NCBI GenBank assembly: GCA_963665095.1
Contig: OY762069.1
Coordinates: 2,144,001-2,208,000 of the forward strand
Length of the DNA stretch: 64,000 nt
Source: an uncultured Desulfobacter sp.
GTDB lineage: Bacteria > Desulfobacterota > Desulfobacteria > Desulfobacterales > Desulfobacteraceae
Direction of reading: 5' to 3'
Shown here: positions 1-10,962 of the stretch, piece by piece
Layout of the letters: each line of letters begins with the position of its first letter
Numbering within the stretch: position 1 is the first letter of the stretch
Program-made: the position numbers and the translations under genes
The notes under the pieces: model-generated
The model's input: the letters and a program-made list of their open reading frames with translations, nothing else
Databases searched by the model: none
Told to the model about the DNA's origin: nothing

Positions 1-2104
1 TATCCCCGAAGATATTGTCTGCTACGCCTGCAACAGTGAAACCGACCGCACCAAAGGAAAACCTGCCGGGCACTGAGCCCTGTATGTGGACAGGGATATT
101 TTTTTCCCGGGCAAGATGAACCAGATCACGAAAGGCCTGTGCAGGGCTGGTGTCATGATTTCGAATCCAGCGCCTGACCTTGAAATTTTTAAAAATAAAT
201 ACCAGGCCGCCCATATGATCGGATTCCGGGTGGGTTAACACCACCGCGTCAATGGTTTTCACCCAGTTACGCCATAAAAAAGGCCCGAGAATAAAGCGGC
301 CGGTATTAAAAGTGGACCTCCCGCCAAATCCGCCACCATCAATCAGAACAGTTCTGCCTTCAGGCGTCATGATCACCGCAGCGTTTCCCTGCCCAACATC
401 CAGGACATGCACAAAAAGGGCTCCGGAATGAAACCTTCGTAACAGCCCCTGGCCTATAGATACCGTGCCTGCAGCCATCAGGATGACAAACAGATATACC
501 ACCTGTTTTCTCCTTATAATAACACCTGCACCGCATGTCAGAATAAACAGGTAATAAACAATGATCTCAAAAGGCCTGGGCGTAACCGTGCGGATCCAGG
601 TCCAGTCGAAGCCGGCAATATAATGTACGGTTTTAACCACCACTGAAAGAATATGAATATCTGTAGAAATAAAAACATCTGCCAGAGACGGCAAAATCTC
701 CATCAAAAAAAGACCGGCCAGTCCCAGAGGCAGACAGACAAATCCGATCACCGGCACTATGATGAGGTTTGTGAGTACCTGAACCATGGATATCATATTA
801 AAATAGACAGCAGTTAAAGGGGCTGTGCCCAAAGCGGCAAAAACGGTTGTCATGATCATTGAAAAAATAATTCTGCCCCATTTATTTGCCGGCATCCATC
901 CTTTTTTATACAGAAGCATGAATCCTGAGATGATAAAAAATACGCAGGTAAACGAAAGTTGAAATGAAATTGAGAAAAGAGCACCCGGATCAATGGCCAG
1001 GATAATGACTGCAGCAATAAAAAGTGCGTTCAGGGGATCTTTTTCCTTTTCCAGCCAAACAGCTGTTATGAATACCGCTGCCATGATCAATGCCCGCTGT
1101 GTGGATGGAGAAAATCCTGTAAAAACGGCATAGGCAGCCAAAGGAATGAGGGTCAGCATGCAGGCACTTTTTCTGGCCCACCCGGTAATGGTCAGCGTAC
1201 TGAACTGATTTAAAATCTGAATAAAAATAAAATATGCGCCCAGACCAATCATTGAGAGGTGAAAACCTGAAACGGCCAGAAGGTGAGCCAGGCCTGTCTG
1301 TGAAAAGTCACTGCGAGTCTGTTCATCAATGTCTTCTTTCTGTCCCGTGATCAATGCCTGAAGTACAGCACTGGCCTGACTGTAAATAAAATTATGATGT
1401 GCGGGTTCACTCTCTTTTACACATGCGGCAATTTGATTGGAAAACCGTGTCCTGAAGTACTGCAGGCACCGTATCAGTCTGGATATCATGTCGGATGAAT
1501 ACCGGCCTGTCTGTTTCAGGGTCTGCATATTCGCATATGCTGTCCCGGAAATACCTTCCAGGTGCATCATAAATTCATAATCATACCCGCCGGGATTGGC
1601 AAAATTTCGTATGGGCCGGATCCGGCTGTAAATTTCAATATGCTCTCCGTAACTAAGAGTCTCATTTTTTTTATCGCCGCTGTTTTTATACAGACTTAAA
1701 GTCAACCGGCCCTGCACAGACGTCAAAGGGCGGTTCTCCAGGGAAAGGCCGGAGCACGCCATGGTGTATCTGGTTTTATACCGATCTGCCCTGGGAAGGG
1801 ATTTTATAATGCCTGAAATTTTATATTTTTTCCCGTCCGTATACTGGGAAATATTGTTTGGGCTGGTGTCAGGAGTGCAGATATCTGCCATGCGGATTTC
1901 GGTCCACAGAAAAGCAGTAAGACAGACAAAAACGAGAAAAAGAGGCGGTTTTAAAAAAAAGAGGCAGGTAAACGCCACAAGACAGGCCGCACTAAACCAG
2001 CCCCAGAAAGGCCCTGGGAAAGCCCATCCTGCCAGGATGCCGGTTGCCAGGGCCAGGAGGACAAAAAACATGGGCGCAATGTTTTGAACCGTTTTTGTGT
2101 TCAC
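1..2104 (-). CDS. comEC: ComEC/Rec2 DNA uptake competence protein (3' end runs off the window)
   Basis: Manual translation of the minus strand gives VNTKTVQNIAPMFFVLLALATGILAGW (GTG at 2104), the competence motif QTGLAHLLAVSGFHLS (~1255-1300), and metallo-beta-lactamase motifs HVLDVGQGN and LTHPESDHMG. It is missing from the ORF track because it is open to the window edge. Start is approximate. Confidence 0.92.
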   Translation of the reverse strand, partial: MNTKTVQNIAPMFFVLLALATGILAGWAFPGPFWGWFSAACLVAFTCLFFLKPPLFLVFVCLTAFLWTEIRMADICTPDTSPNNISQYTDGKKYKISGIIKSLPRADRYKTRYTMACSGLSLENRPLTSVQGRLTLSLYKNSGDKKNETLSYGEHIEIYSRIRPIRNFANPGGYDYEFMMHLEGISGTAYANMQTLKQTGRYSSDMISRLIRCLQYFRTRFSNQIAACVKESEPAHHNFIYSQASAVLQALITGQKEDIDEQTRSDFSQTGLAHLLAVSGFHLSMIGLGAYFIFIQILNQFSTLTITGWARKSACMLTLIPLAAYAVFTGFSPSTQRALIMAAVFITAVWLEKEKDPLNALFIAAVIILAIDPGALFSISFQLSFTCVFFIISGFMLLYKKGWMPANKWGRIIFSMIMTTVFAALGTAPLTAVYFNMISMVQVLTNLIIVPVIGFVCLPLGLAGLFLMEILPSLADVFISTDIHILSVVVKTVHYIAGFDWTWIRTVTPRPFEIIVYYLFILTCGAGVIIRRKQVVYLFVILMAAGTVSIGQGLLRRFHSGALFVHVLDVGQGNAAVIMTPEGRTVLIDGGGFGGRSTFNTGRFILGPFLWRNWVKTIDAVVLTHPESDHMGGLVFIFKNFKVRRWIRNHDTSPAQAFRDLVHLAREKNIPVHIQGSVPGRFSFGAVGFTVAGVADNIFGD

Positions 2105-2189
2105 ATACGCCCCCCCGGGTCACGTGTGCGTCCAGAAACAGCCCTGGAGAAGATTTCCGGACGCACACGACATCGTTACGGCGCTTTTG

Positions 2190-3449
2190 TCAGGAAGAGA
2201 TTCGTTTAATGTCCGCACCCAGCGCCTGGAATTTCTTTTCAATGGTTTCATACCCCCTGTCCATGTGATAGACGCGGCTGATCAATGTCGTCCCCTTTGC
2301 AATAAGACCGGCAATGACAAGGGAGGCACTGGCCCTAAGGTCCGATGCCATCACGGGGGCACCCTGCAGGCATTTAACCCCGCGGACCATGGCAATGTTA
2401 CCATTTGAGATGGTGATATCAGCCCCCATGCGTAAAAGCTCATTGGCATGGATGAATCGATTTTCAAAAATGGACTCATGGATCATGCTGTTACCTTTGG
2501 CAATGGTCATCAATGCCATGAACTGGGCCTGCATGTCTGTGGGATACCCGGGATACGGCAAGGTTTTAATATCCACATTTTTAATTACATCCGTTCCCTG
2601 GATGTGTATTCTGTCCTCAAATGTTTCAATCTGGGCACCGGCGGATCTTAATTTACTGACAACCCCTCCTAAATGATCCGGCACGCAGTCGCGAATGACA
2701 ACATCTCCACGGGTGGCTGCCGCGGCCGCCATAAAAGTGCCTGTTTCAATGCGGTCAGGAATCACCCGGCAGACAGCAGACTGAAGACGGCTTACCCCTT
2801 CAATGGCTATAATAGGGGTGCCGGCTCCGCTGACCTTTGCGCCCATTTCATTCAGGGTTTCTGCCAGACAGCTGATCTCCGGTTCCCTGGCTGCATTCCT
2901 GAGCACAGTACGGCCTTTGGCCAGGACCGCTGCCATCATCAGGTTTTCTGTACCGGTAACCGTGGGAATATCAAAATAAATTTCTGTGCCAATCAGTCCC
3001 TTTGGCGCTTTGGCTTCAATATATCCCTTATCAATGGAGATGCTTGCACCCAGCGCTTCCAGACCTGTCAGATGCATATTGACAGGCCGGGCGCCAATGG
3101 CACAGCCCCCCGGCATGGAAACCTTGGCTTTACCGAATCTTGCAACAAGAGGGCCTAATACCAGAATAGAGGCCCGCATCTTTCTTACCAGATCATATTC
3201 AGCTTCTATTTTATTTATGCCCGAACCGTCCACAGTAAAGGTATGATTCTCAAAATTACAATTAGCACCGATATCCTCAAGAAGCATACGAATTGAGGTA
3301 ATGTCCATGAGACGGGGTACATTTTCAAAGGTGGAAACGCCATCCACAAGAATACTTGACGCAATCAGAGGCAGCGCCGCATTTTTGGCACCGCTGATAA
3401 ATACTTCCCCCTGAAGCCGGCGGCCGCCATTAATTTGAATTTTATCCAT
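2190..3449 (-). CDS. murA: UDP-N-acetylglucosamine 1-carboxyvinyltransferase
   Basis: Motifs [30 protein letters not shown] (catalytic Cys), DLRASASL and DRGYE; 419 aa. Confidence 0.98.
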   Translation of the reverse strand: MDKIQINGGRRLQGEVFISGAKNAALPLIASSILVDGVSTFENVPRLMDITSIRMLLEDIGANCNFENHTFTVDGSGINKIEAEYDLVRKMRASILVLGPLVARFGKAKVSMPGGCAIGARPVNMHLTGLEALGASISIDKGYIEAKAPKGLIGTEIYFDIPTVTGTENLMMAAVLAKGRTVLRNAAREPEISCLAETLNEMGAKVSGAGTPIIAIEGVSRLQSAVCRVIPDRIETGTFMAAAAATRGDVVIRDCVPDHLGGVVSKLRSAGAQIETFEDRIHIQGTDVIKNVDIKTLPYPGYPTDMQAQFMALMTIAKGNSMIHESIFENRFIHANELLRMGADITISNGNIAMVRGVKCLQGAPVMASDLRASASLVIAGLIAKGTTLISRVYHMDRGYETIEKKFQALGADIKRISS

Positions 3450-3810
3450 TAATTGCTGTTTGTCCGATTTAAAAGAAGTTTAAAATTGCTTGCATACTGC
3501 ATCAACTGTCATTTTGATCAATGCTTTTCAAGGGTCATGAATCAGTATTGTTTTTATATTAACGTGTTAAGAGCATGCTCGCCATAAAAACAATATAAAT
3601 CCAAAAGCTTATATATCACCCTAAAAAACACTGGCGTTTTTAGCATATTATCCTGTTTTTTAAAACAGGTTTTGCTTTCGTACCTGGAATTTCCACCGGG
3701 TTGTTTTGCATAATCGGAAACCGCCTTGATTTCGCATAGACAGACATGTTTTTTCCGGACAACGATCTCGTTGCAGATAGTTGGATGGATTTATGATGCA
3801 GATATTTTGA

Positions 3811-3994
3811 TTACCCCCGGAACTGCCGTGTTCTGTGTTGAGCTTTGAACCACTGGTTCAAAAGGCGGGCAGTCCAGTATTCCCTTCAGGTGGCCAACAC
3901 GATTATGGCCTTCTCACCGGCAAAAGTGTGGACTCCCATTTATTTATACGTTAGGACAAAGACGAACAACCAATCACAAACAGACCAGGGGTAA
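3811..3994 (-). ncRNA. ssrS: 6S RNA
   Basis: ~184 nt. The 5' end TTACCCCTGGTCTGTTTGTG pairs with the 3' end CACGGCAGTTCCGGGGGTAA. The 3' half contains CTTTTGAACCAGTGGTTCAAAG, resembling the CTTGAACC...GGTTCAAG segment of proteobacterial 6S RNA. Not confirmed with a covariance model. Confidence 0.8.
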
Positions 3995-4005
3995 ACTAAA
4001 AAAAA

Positions 4006-4212
4006 TTATTCAAGTTTAAACGAGACTTTCAGTTTGGTGCGGTATCCCACGATCCTGTTGTCCTCTAAACGCATATCCATTTGAATAACTTCTGCTACAC
4101 GCATATCACGAACCGAACTGTCGACAGTGGCTACAGCTACTCTTGCTGCATCTTCCCAGGATTTTTCAGAGAACCCTACGACTTCAATTATTTTGTAGAC
4201 GCTATTTTCCAT
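4006..4212 (-). CDS. Dodecin family flavin-binding protein
   Basis: 68 aa, VYKIIEVVGFSEKSWEDAA...YRTKLKVSF, the typical dodecin pattern. Confidence 0.92.
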   Translation of the reverse strand: MENSVYKIIEVVGFSEKSWEDAARVAVATVDSSVRDMRVAEVIQMDMRLEDNRIVGYRTKLKVSFKLE

Positions 4213-4649
4213 GACAACCCCCTTTCAAGTTTATTAATAATCTTAAAATGAGCTTGTTCTGTTTTAGACGTCAAAAAACATTGAAGCATTTAAGTTATGA
4301 TACATTTATTATTTTTTTTTGTATACTTGTTTTATCATTTTTTCTTTGATAGATCTTACAAGATGTATTTTATAATTCAGCAAGTTATTATCAAGCCAAG
4401 GCGCCTTGTACCCCCCCCCCCTTTTAATCCGGTCAGTAAATGCGTGGATGAAAAAATCAGGTAAAGCCTCTTTTCAGACCATTTCAAAGATAAACCCTTC
4501 CCATAGAATAAAGCACAGGGATTACGAATGGAAAACAGATTCAGAACCGATGATGCCTCCCTGGAGGACACAGGGTTTGTTGCCAAGTACGATGAAAAGA
4601 GATTGCCGCCTGCTTTCTATTTGCTTACTGGAAAGATTTTCCAATAAAA

Positions 4650-4695
4650 AATAAAAAAAAGGAGCGCCATTTAGATGGATAGCCCCTTATTTTTA
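4650..4695 (-). terminator. Probable intrinsic terminator downstream of tRNA-Leu
   Basis: Minus strand AAGGGGCTATCCATCTAAATGGCGCTCCTTTTTTTT forms an imperfect hairpin followed by a U-tract. Confidence 0.6.
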
Positions 4696-4696
4696 T

Positions 4697-4784
4697 TGGT
4701 ACCTGGGACGAGAATTGAACTCGTACAGAGATAATCTCCGAGGGATTTTAAGTCCCTTGCGTCTACCAGTTCCGCCACCCAGGC
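4697..4784 (-). tRNA. tRNA-Leu(TAA)
   Basis: Minus strand GCCTGGGTGGCGGAACTGGTAGACGCAAGGGACTTAAAATCCCT...GAGTTCAATTCTCGTCCCAGGTACCA: cloverleaf with long variable arm, anticodon TAA and encoded CCA. Confidence 0.97.
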
Positions 4785-4967
4785 ATTTGATGAGGTGAAA
4801 ATATATTATTGTGCCCTGATTTGCAAGCCAAAATCAGGCAGTCCGCGGTTGTTTTTGTTTTTTACAGCTGCACTGCGACGAAAATAGGAAATATGGGATT
4901 TACAACTCCCTTTTGTTATTGGTATAAATAAAAACCGTCATCTAATGTTCAACACGAGTCTATCGCC

Positions 4968-5435
4968 ATGATTAAAAAAATTTTTATCACTGCAGACCTG
5001 TATGCTAATATCAGTTGCGACCAGTGCGGAAAAGTATATAGAAAAGATGTATCGGGATTTATTGGCCATAAACATTCCGTCAAACTGAAATACACCTGCA
5101 AGTGCGGACATTCTGCATCTGTTATTCTTGAACGCCGCCGATATATCAGAAAACCAAGGGGATTTAAAGGGTTCCTTGTTAATGGAAAAGCAAAAGACCC
5201 CATTATCATTGAGGATCTTTCCAAACATGGGTTAAAGATCACGCTTAAACAAGAACATAGCTTGTCCATAGGCGATATCCTGTACCTGGAGTTTTCTCTT
5301 GACGATCCGCCCGGGTCCAAGGTGACCACACAAGCCAGTGTCAAGAGGATTATTTCCCCCACAAGCGCAGGATGTGAATTTATTGTTGACGAGCATTATG
5401 ACAAACTTGGCAAATATTTTCTGTTTCATTTTTAA
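4968..5435 (+). CDS. PilZ domain protein with N-terminal Cys cluster
   Basis: RxxxR (ERRRYIRK) and DxSxxG (EDLSKHG) c-di-GMP motifs; N-terminal CDQC...CKC. Confidence 0.85.
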   Translation: MIKKIFITADLYANISCDQCGKVYRKDVSGFIGHKHSVKLKYTCKCGHSASVILERRRYIRKPRGFKGFLVNGKAKDPIIIEDLSKHGLKITLKQEHSLSIGDILYLEFSLDDPPGSKVTTQASVKRIISPTSAGCEFIVDEHYDKLGKYFLFHF

Positions 5436-5649
5436 CCTTTAAGAATTTGATGCACTTGTAAAAGTGCCCGATTTTAGCATTTTTTAGATATAACATACTG
5501 ATTTTATTAATATCAGTTTTTGCTTTTTCCGACTTTTTACGGGATCATCAAGACTTTAATATGAAAACTGATTTTAACCCTGCTATGGCGCAGTCATATA
5601 CAATATATAGCTAACTAATTTCGCCGTGATCCGGCATTTGGAAAAAAAA

Positions 5650-7533
5650 ATGGCAAGTGAAAATACGTCAAATGAAGACAAACTTGGAAAAGTTATATTT
5701 TACCTGTTAAAAGAGAACTTTATTACCAAGGAAAATATCCATTATGCCCGGCGGATCCAAAAAAAGCTCAATCCTCCCAAACCCCTTCTTGAAGTATTAA
5801 AAGAGCTGAACTTTGTTGATGAAGAAAAAATAAACGTTACCATCCGAACAAACCGGGACCACTTCAGAATCGGCACACTGCTTGTAGAGCTGGGCTATAT
5901 ATCCCAGGACAGCCTGACCCATGCACTGGAAACACAGAAAGAGGAAAATTCAACGCGCCACCTTGGAGATATTTTGATTGATACCCGGGCCATTGAAGAG
6001 ACAACCATGGTGGAACTTCTTTCCATGCAGATGGGCTTTCCCTATCTTGAGCCTGAGTTCATGGAGCTTGAACGAAGTCTATTTGCCAAGGTTCCTTACA
6101 AGATGTATATGCAGAACAAATACATCCCCATTAAAATGTCAGGAGACAAGGTTCTCGTCTCCTTTTCTGATCCCCTGAACAAGCCGCTTATTGAATCTGT
6201 ACAAAATATATTTAAAAAAGAGATCGAGGTTGGCATCTCTAAAAAGGACTCCATTGATTTTGCTATCCAGAAAATGATCCGAATGGAGAACAAGGAAAAA
6301 AAGACCATGACGATGGATGATGAATCCATTGTCGGTATTGTTAATACCATTATTATTAAGGGGATTCAGCAAAAGGCCAGTGACATTCACATCGAGCCTC
6401 TGGAAGACAGATTCCGTGTCAGGTTCAGGATTGATGGAATTATGCAGCATATCAAGGACTATTCAAAGGACATTTTGCCCCTGATCGTCAGCCGTATAAA
6501 AATTCTTACAGAACTTGATATTACAGAAAAAAGACGCCACCAGGGTGGGCGTATTGACTTTGAGGAAGGCGAATACAAAGTTGATTTGCGTGTTTCCACC
6601 TATGTGACGGTTCACGGTGAAAAAATTGTTTTTCGTTTGATTAACAAAATGAATAAGCTGTTAAGGGTCGAAGAACTTGGCATGCCTCCCCGAATGATGG
6701 ACAATTTTATTATCAAAGCCCTGAATGCCCCAAGTGGCGTCTCCATGGTGACAGGACCTACAGGTTCGGGTAAAACCTCCACGGTTTACTCCTGCATTGA
6801 TCATCTGAACACTCCGGAGCACAGCATAATAACGGCTGAAGATCCTGTGGAGTATGTAATTGATGGTATCGCCCAATGTTCTATTAATGAAAAACTGAAT
6901 CTGACCTTTGAAGAAACCCTGCGTCATATTGTCCGCCAGGACCCGGATATCATCGTCATAGGGGAGATCCGGGACTTCTATTCTGCGGATGTGGCGGTCC
7001 AGGCAGCATTGACCGGCCACATGGTTTTGAGTACCTTTCACACGGAGGACAGCATCGGGGCGTTGGTTCGCCTGATAAATATGAAAATTGAACCTTTCCT
7101 CATTGCCTCCACTATTAACTGCGTACTGGCACAGCGCCTCCTGCGTCGCATCTGCCCCCATTGTAAAAAACAGTACACCCCCGGAACCAAAGAGATGCGG
7201 CTTTTAGGGTACAACGGCGGCGAGCTTGCCGGTGGGGAATTTTACAAAGGGTCTGGGTGCGGAAAATGTTTAAACACCGGTTATTCCGGCCGTGTGGCCG
7301 TACACGAAATGCTTCTGCCGGATACCCATCTGCGTGATGCTGTACTAAAAAACTGTACCAGTCACGAACTCAGAGAGATCAGTATCGTCAGCGCCGGCCT
7401 TGTCACCCTGTTTGAAAACGGCATTTACAAGGCTGCCATTGGCGTCACCACCCTTGAAGAAGTGTTGCGGTGCCTGCCTCAGCTTCGCCCCCCAAGGCCA
7501 CTTTCTGAAATCAAACGTCTGCTCGGAGGTTAA
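5650..7533 (+). CDS. GspE/PulE/PilB family secretion ATPase with MshEN-like N-terminus
   Basis: ASDIHIEP, Walker A GPTGSGKT, EDPVE, RQDPDIIVIGEIRD, His box and tetracysteine motif; N-terminal RIGTLLVELGYI and HLGDILI repeats. The ATG at 5650 is my chosen start. Confidence 0.93.
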   Translation: MASENTSNEDKLGKVIFYLLKENFITKENIHYARRIQKKLNPPKPLLEVLKELNFVDEEKINVTIRTNRDHFRIGTLLVELGYISQDSLTHALETQKEENSTRHLGDILIDTRAIEETTMVELLSMQMGFPYLEPEFMELERSLFAKVPYKMYMQNKYIPIKMSGDKVLVSFSDPLNKPLIESVQNIFKKEIEVGISKKDSIDFAIQKMIRMENKEKKTMTMDDESIVGIVNTIIIKGIQQKASDIHIEPLEDRFRVRFRIDGIMQHIKDYSKDILPLIVSRIKILTELDITEKRRHQGGRIDFEEGEYKVDLRVSTYVTVHGEKIVFRLINKMNKLLRVEELGMPPRMMDNFIIKALNAPSGVSMVTGPTGSGKTSTVYSCIDHLNTPEHSIITAEDPVEYVIDGIAQCSINEKLNLTFEETLRHIVRQDPDIIVIGEIRDFYSADVAVQAALTGHMVLSTFHTEDSIGALVRLINMKIEPFLIASTINCVLAQRLLRRICPHCKKQYTPGTKEMRLLGYNGGELAGGEFYKGSGCGKCLNTGYSGRVAVHEMLLPDTHLRDAVLKNCTSHELREISIVSAGLVTLFENGIYKAAIGVTTLEEVLRCLPQLRPPRPLSEIKRLLGG

Positions 7534-7535
7534 GA

Positions 7536-8396
7536 TTGCAAAAAGACCGTTCATTCCTGGAAATCATAGAAGAATATATTGAAACGGACAGGGTTACCCT
7601 GCCTCCTTTTGATAAAACTGCGTTACGCATTCAACAGGAGGTTGCAAAAAAAGATGCCCAGGTGCCTAAAATCGAGAAACTGATCATTGCTGATCCGGCC
7701 ATGTCCACCCAGATTCTTAAAATCGGCAACTCTGCTTTTTTCAGAGGTCTTTCCAAAGTCAGCACGGTCAGGGACGCTATTGTACGCATGGGCCTTTCAG
7801 AAATTACGCGCATTGTCATGATTCTGACTCAAAAAAAACTGTATGAAACCCAGGACACCTTTATTAAAAATTACAGAAACCGGTTATGGCAGCACGCCCT
7901 GGTATGCGCTCTGGTCAGCCAGTGGGTGGCAAAGGAAGCCGGTTATGATGAAATTACCCAGGATGTTTTTTTTGCCTCTTTGATTCATGATATCGGAAAA
8001 CTCTTTCTGATTACTGTTATCGAAGTTGTAAAAAAATCCAAGGAATTGCCCTTTATCCCCTCAAACAAAATTATCAACGAAATCATTGACAGCCAGCATG
8101 CAGAACAGGGGGCGCGCCTTTTAAGGCAATGGAACCTGCCCGAAGAGTACATTTCTGTTGTGGAGAAACACCATTATGAAAAATTTGAACCGGACAACAT
8201 TCCACTGATCATTCTTCGGATGGTTAATAAAGCCACAGCTAAAATTGGTGTTTCCCTGCATAAATACGATGAGGGAACCATGTCTCTGACTGCAGAGGCA
8301 ACTTTTTTTGGATTTTCCGATATTAAATTAGCTGAGCTTGAACTCCAGCTCGAAGATGCCATTAAGCGGGTCAGCGCCCACTACAAAATGGCCTGA
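7536..8396 (+). CDS. HDOD domain protein
   Basis: LPPF...IIADPAMSTQILKIGNSAFF...DAIVRMG, LWQHAL, LIHDIGK and WNLPE. Confidence 0.92.
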   Translation: MQKDRSFLEIIEEYIETDRVTLPPFDKTALRIQQEVAKKDAQVPKIEKLIIADPAMSTQILKIGNSAFFRGLSKVSTVRDAIVRMGLSEITRIVMILTQKKLYETQDTFIKNYRNRLWQHALVCALVSQWVAKEAGYDEITQDVFFASLIHDIGKLFLITVIEVVKKSKELPFIPSNKIINEIIDSQHAEQGARLLRQWNLPEEYISVVEKHHYEKFEPDNIPLIILRMVNKATAKIGVSLHKYDEGTMSLTAEATFFGFSDIKLAELELQLEDAIKRVSAHYKMA

Positions 8397-8581
8397 CAGC
8401 CCTGATAAAAAGGCCTTGCCAATGTCCCAAAGGGGTAAAAGCAATTTGTAGCGCCTGGCCCTGCGCTTTCTTTGTCAACAAACCGCTTGCATTTTCTTAA
8501 AAATTCGTATAGTTAGAACGATCTAATTTGTTATTTATTTTAAGGCTGGCCCTGCCGGCCTTTTTGCTTTTAAGGAAACCC

Positions 8582-10273
8582 ATGTCCCATACAAATTTAA
8601 GCCCGGTCGGTTTCGACGAGATGAACCTGAATCCGGATGTACTTTCCTCGTTACAGGGTGTTGGTTATGAGACACCGACACCGATTCAGGCCATGACCAT
8701 TCCCCATATGATGGCGTGCAAAGACCTGTTAGGCCAGGCCAGAACCGGAACCGGAAAAACAGCAGCCTTTGCGCTGCCTTTACTTTCCAGGATTGATCTT
8801 TCCAGCAGACGGGCCCAGATCCTTGTGGTGACTCCCACCAGGGAACTTGCCATTCAGGTGGCCCAGTCTTTCAAGGATTATGGCGTCAATATGAAGGGCC
8901 TCAATGTTCTGGCCGTATACGGTGGCCAAAGCTATGAGGTCCAGTTAAAGCAGCTAAAACGCGGAGTCCATGTGGTTGTAGGGACTCCGGGCCGTCTCAT
9001 GGATCATATGCGACGCAAAACCCTCACTCTTGCCGACCTTACCGGTCTGGTGCTGGATGAAGCGGATGAAATGTTGCAGATGGGGTTCATTGATGATGTT
9101 GAATGGATTCTTTCTCAGATCCCCCAGTCTACCCAGATCGCACTTTTTTCTGCCACCATGCCGGCCCCCATTCAAAAAATTACAGGCAGATATCTTAAAA
9201 ATCCTGTGGAGGTCATTATCCGGCATGACCGTGATGTTACAAACACCATTGAACAAAAATTCTGGATGGTGAAAGACCTTAAAAAAAGTGACGCTCTGGT
9301 CCGGATACTGGAAGGCGCTTCCCATGACGGTGTCATTGTATTTACAAAGACCCGGAACACCACAATGGAGCTTGCAAAGACTCTTGAGGAAAAAGGATTC
9401 AGGGCAGAAGCCCTGAACGGGGATCTGGCCCAGGCTGCCCGGGAACGGACAATTAACCGGCTGAAAAACGGAAATATTGATATTCTTGTGGCAACGGATG
9501 TGGCGGCAAGGGGCCTTGATGTAGACCGGATTTCCCATGTCATCAACTATGATATGCCCTCTAAAACCGAACCCTATATCCACAGGATCGGAAGAACGGG
9601 GCGGGCCGGGCGTACCGGGGAAGCCATTTTGTTTGTTCAGCGCAATGAACGCTGGATGCTAAAAAAAATTGAGAAGGCTACACGTCAGACAGTTACAGAA
9701 ATTTTTCCACCCTCCAACAGGGAGATCAATAAAAAGCGGATAAATAATTTTAAGGAAAAAATTTCTAAAACCATCAGCACTGAAGATGTCAGCGGGTTTA
9801 CAGACCTGGTGGAACATGTGGCAAAAGAGCAGGAGGTCTCAATCTCCCAGGTAGCGGGGGCCCTTGCAAAAATGCTCCAGGGGAATACTCCTTTTCTCCT
9901 TAAGGAGCTGCCTGATAAACCTGCTGGTAAAAAAACAGCGGCAAAAAACAGGAAAAACGAGAAAGCGCCTGCTGTACCCAATAAGAAAAAAACTCCTTCC
10001 CTGATCGACCTGAATAAAATAAGTCCTGCTGAAAAAGGGATGGAACGATACCGAATTGAAGTAGGACACAGGCACGGTCTCAAACCAGGCGACGTTGTCG
10101 GAGCCATTTCAAATGAAACCGGCCTGGAAAGTAAATTTATCGGTGCCATTAATATTGATTACGATTATACCCTGGTGGATCTGCCCTTTGGCATGCCTAA
10201 GAACATCTTCCATCTGCTCAGAAAAACCTGGGTCAGATCCCACAAGATGTCAATATCAAAGTATGCCTGTTAA
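8582..10273 (+). CDS. deaD: DEAD-box RNA helicase, DeaD/CsdA type
   Basis: Q motif, ARTGTGKT, PTRELA, DEADEM, SAT, ARGLD and HRIGRTGRAG; C-terminal DbpA-type RNA-binding domain (RYRIEVG...GDVVGAI). Confidence 0.93.
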   Translation: MSHTNLSPVGFDEMNLNPDVLSSLQGVGYETPTPIQAMTIPHMMACKDLLGQARTGTGKTAAFALPLLSRIDLSSRRAQILVVTPTRELAIQVAQSFKDYGVNMKGLNVLAVYGGQSYEVQLKQLKRGVHVVVGTPGRLMDHMRRKTLTLADLTGLVLDEADEMLQMGFIDDVEWILSQIPQSTQIALFSATMPAPIQKITGRYLKNPVEVIIRHDRDVTNTIEQKFWMVKDLKKSDALVRILEGASHDGVIVFTKTRNTTMELAKTLEEKGFRAEALNGDLAQAARERTINRLKNGNIDILVATDVAARGLDVDRISHVINYDMPSKTEPYIHRIGRTGRAGRTGEAILFVQRNERWMLKKIEKATRQTVTEIFPPSNREINKKRINNFKEKISKTISTEDVSGFTDLVEHVAKEQEVSISQVAGALAKMLQGNTPFLLKELPDKPAGKKTAAKNRKNEKAPAVPNKKKTPSLIDLNKISPAEKGMERYRIEVGHRHGLKPGDVVGAISNETGLESKFIGAINIDYDYTLVDLPFGMPKNIFHLLRKTWVRSHKMSISKYAC

Positions 10274-10413
10274 AAATAGCTGAATTTTTGTATTTCATTT
10301 TTAAGAAAATTTATTTATTTTAAGTGTTTGCCGGATAGAATGTAAACGCTATTTTGCTACCGGACAAATTTACCAATTATGGACAGACAACTGAATTTTA
10401 CATAGGGGGATGC

Positions 10414-10866
10414 ATGCAAAAAGTAACTAAAATACAACTGATCATTTCAGTATTTGTTATTTTTATTTTTACGGTGTCAGCGTTTAGCCAGGAGATAGAA
10501 GTCGGATTTATCAAATCAGTTAAAGGAAATGTTTCCATCAAACGAGGGGAAACAATCGTTGCAGCAAATTTAGGCGATCATATTTTTAAATCAGATGAGA
10601 TAATTACAGAAAAAAACAGTTCTGCCGGTATTATGTTTACGGACGGGACGACGTTTGCGGTGGACCAGGAGACAGAAATCAAAATTAAAGACTATCTGTT
10701 TGAGCCGGAGTCCTCCGCATATGCCTTTGATCTCTATCTGCAAAAAGGTAAGGCCATCTATAGCTCCGGCAGAATAGAAAAGCTTGCACCGGACAAGGTT
10801 TGCCTGTCCACTCCTAAAGCCACCGTCGGTGTCAGAGGCACCCGTTTTATTCTTCAAGTAGATTAG
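10414..10866 (+). CDS. Exported FecR-domain protein
   Basis: Signal peptide, GDHIFKSDEIIT...FTDGT and TPKATVGVRGTRF motif. Confidence 0.85.
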   Translation: MQKVTKIQLIISVFVIFIFTVSAFSQEIEVGFIKSVKGNVSIKRGETIVAANLGDHIFKSDEIITEKNSSAGIMFTDGTTFAVDQETEIKIKDYLFEPESSAYAFDLYLQKGKAIYSSGRIEKLAPDKVCLSTPKATVGVRGTRFILQVD

Positions 10867-10962
10867 TTTATGTCTATTGTTATGATTTTTCTAAAAAAAG
10901 CAAAAAGAGCCGCACTGTCATCTTTTTATAGACAGGCGCGTTATACAATCAAGGAGATTAAA

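Noticed and set aside
990..2087. Short ORFs 990-1181 and 1761-2087 in the ORF track, and the many antisense ORFs overlapping core genes elsewhere
   Set aside because: Shadow frames of comEC and other well-supported genes.
4528..4647. 39-aa small ORF MENRFRTDDASLEDTGFVAKYDEKRLPPAFYLLTGKIFQ
   Set aside because: Weak RBS and no recognisable motif; cannot be supported without homology or expression data.
4697..4784. tRNA-Leu as an integration site
   Set aside because: I saw no duplicate of its 3' end and no adjacent integrase; a terminator-like hairpin follows directly.
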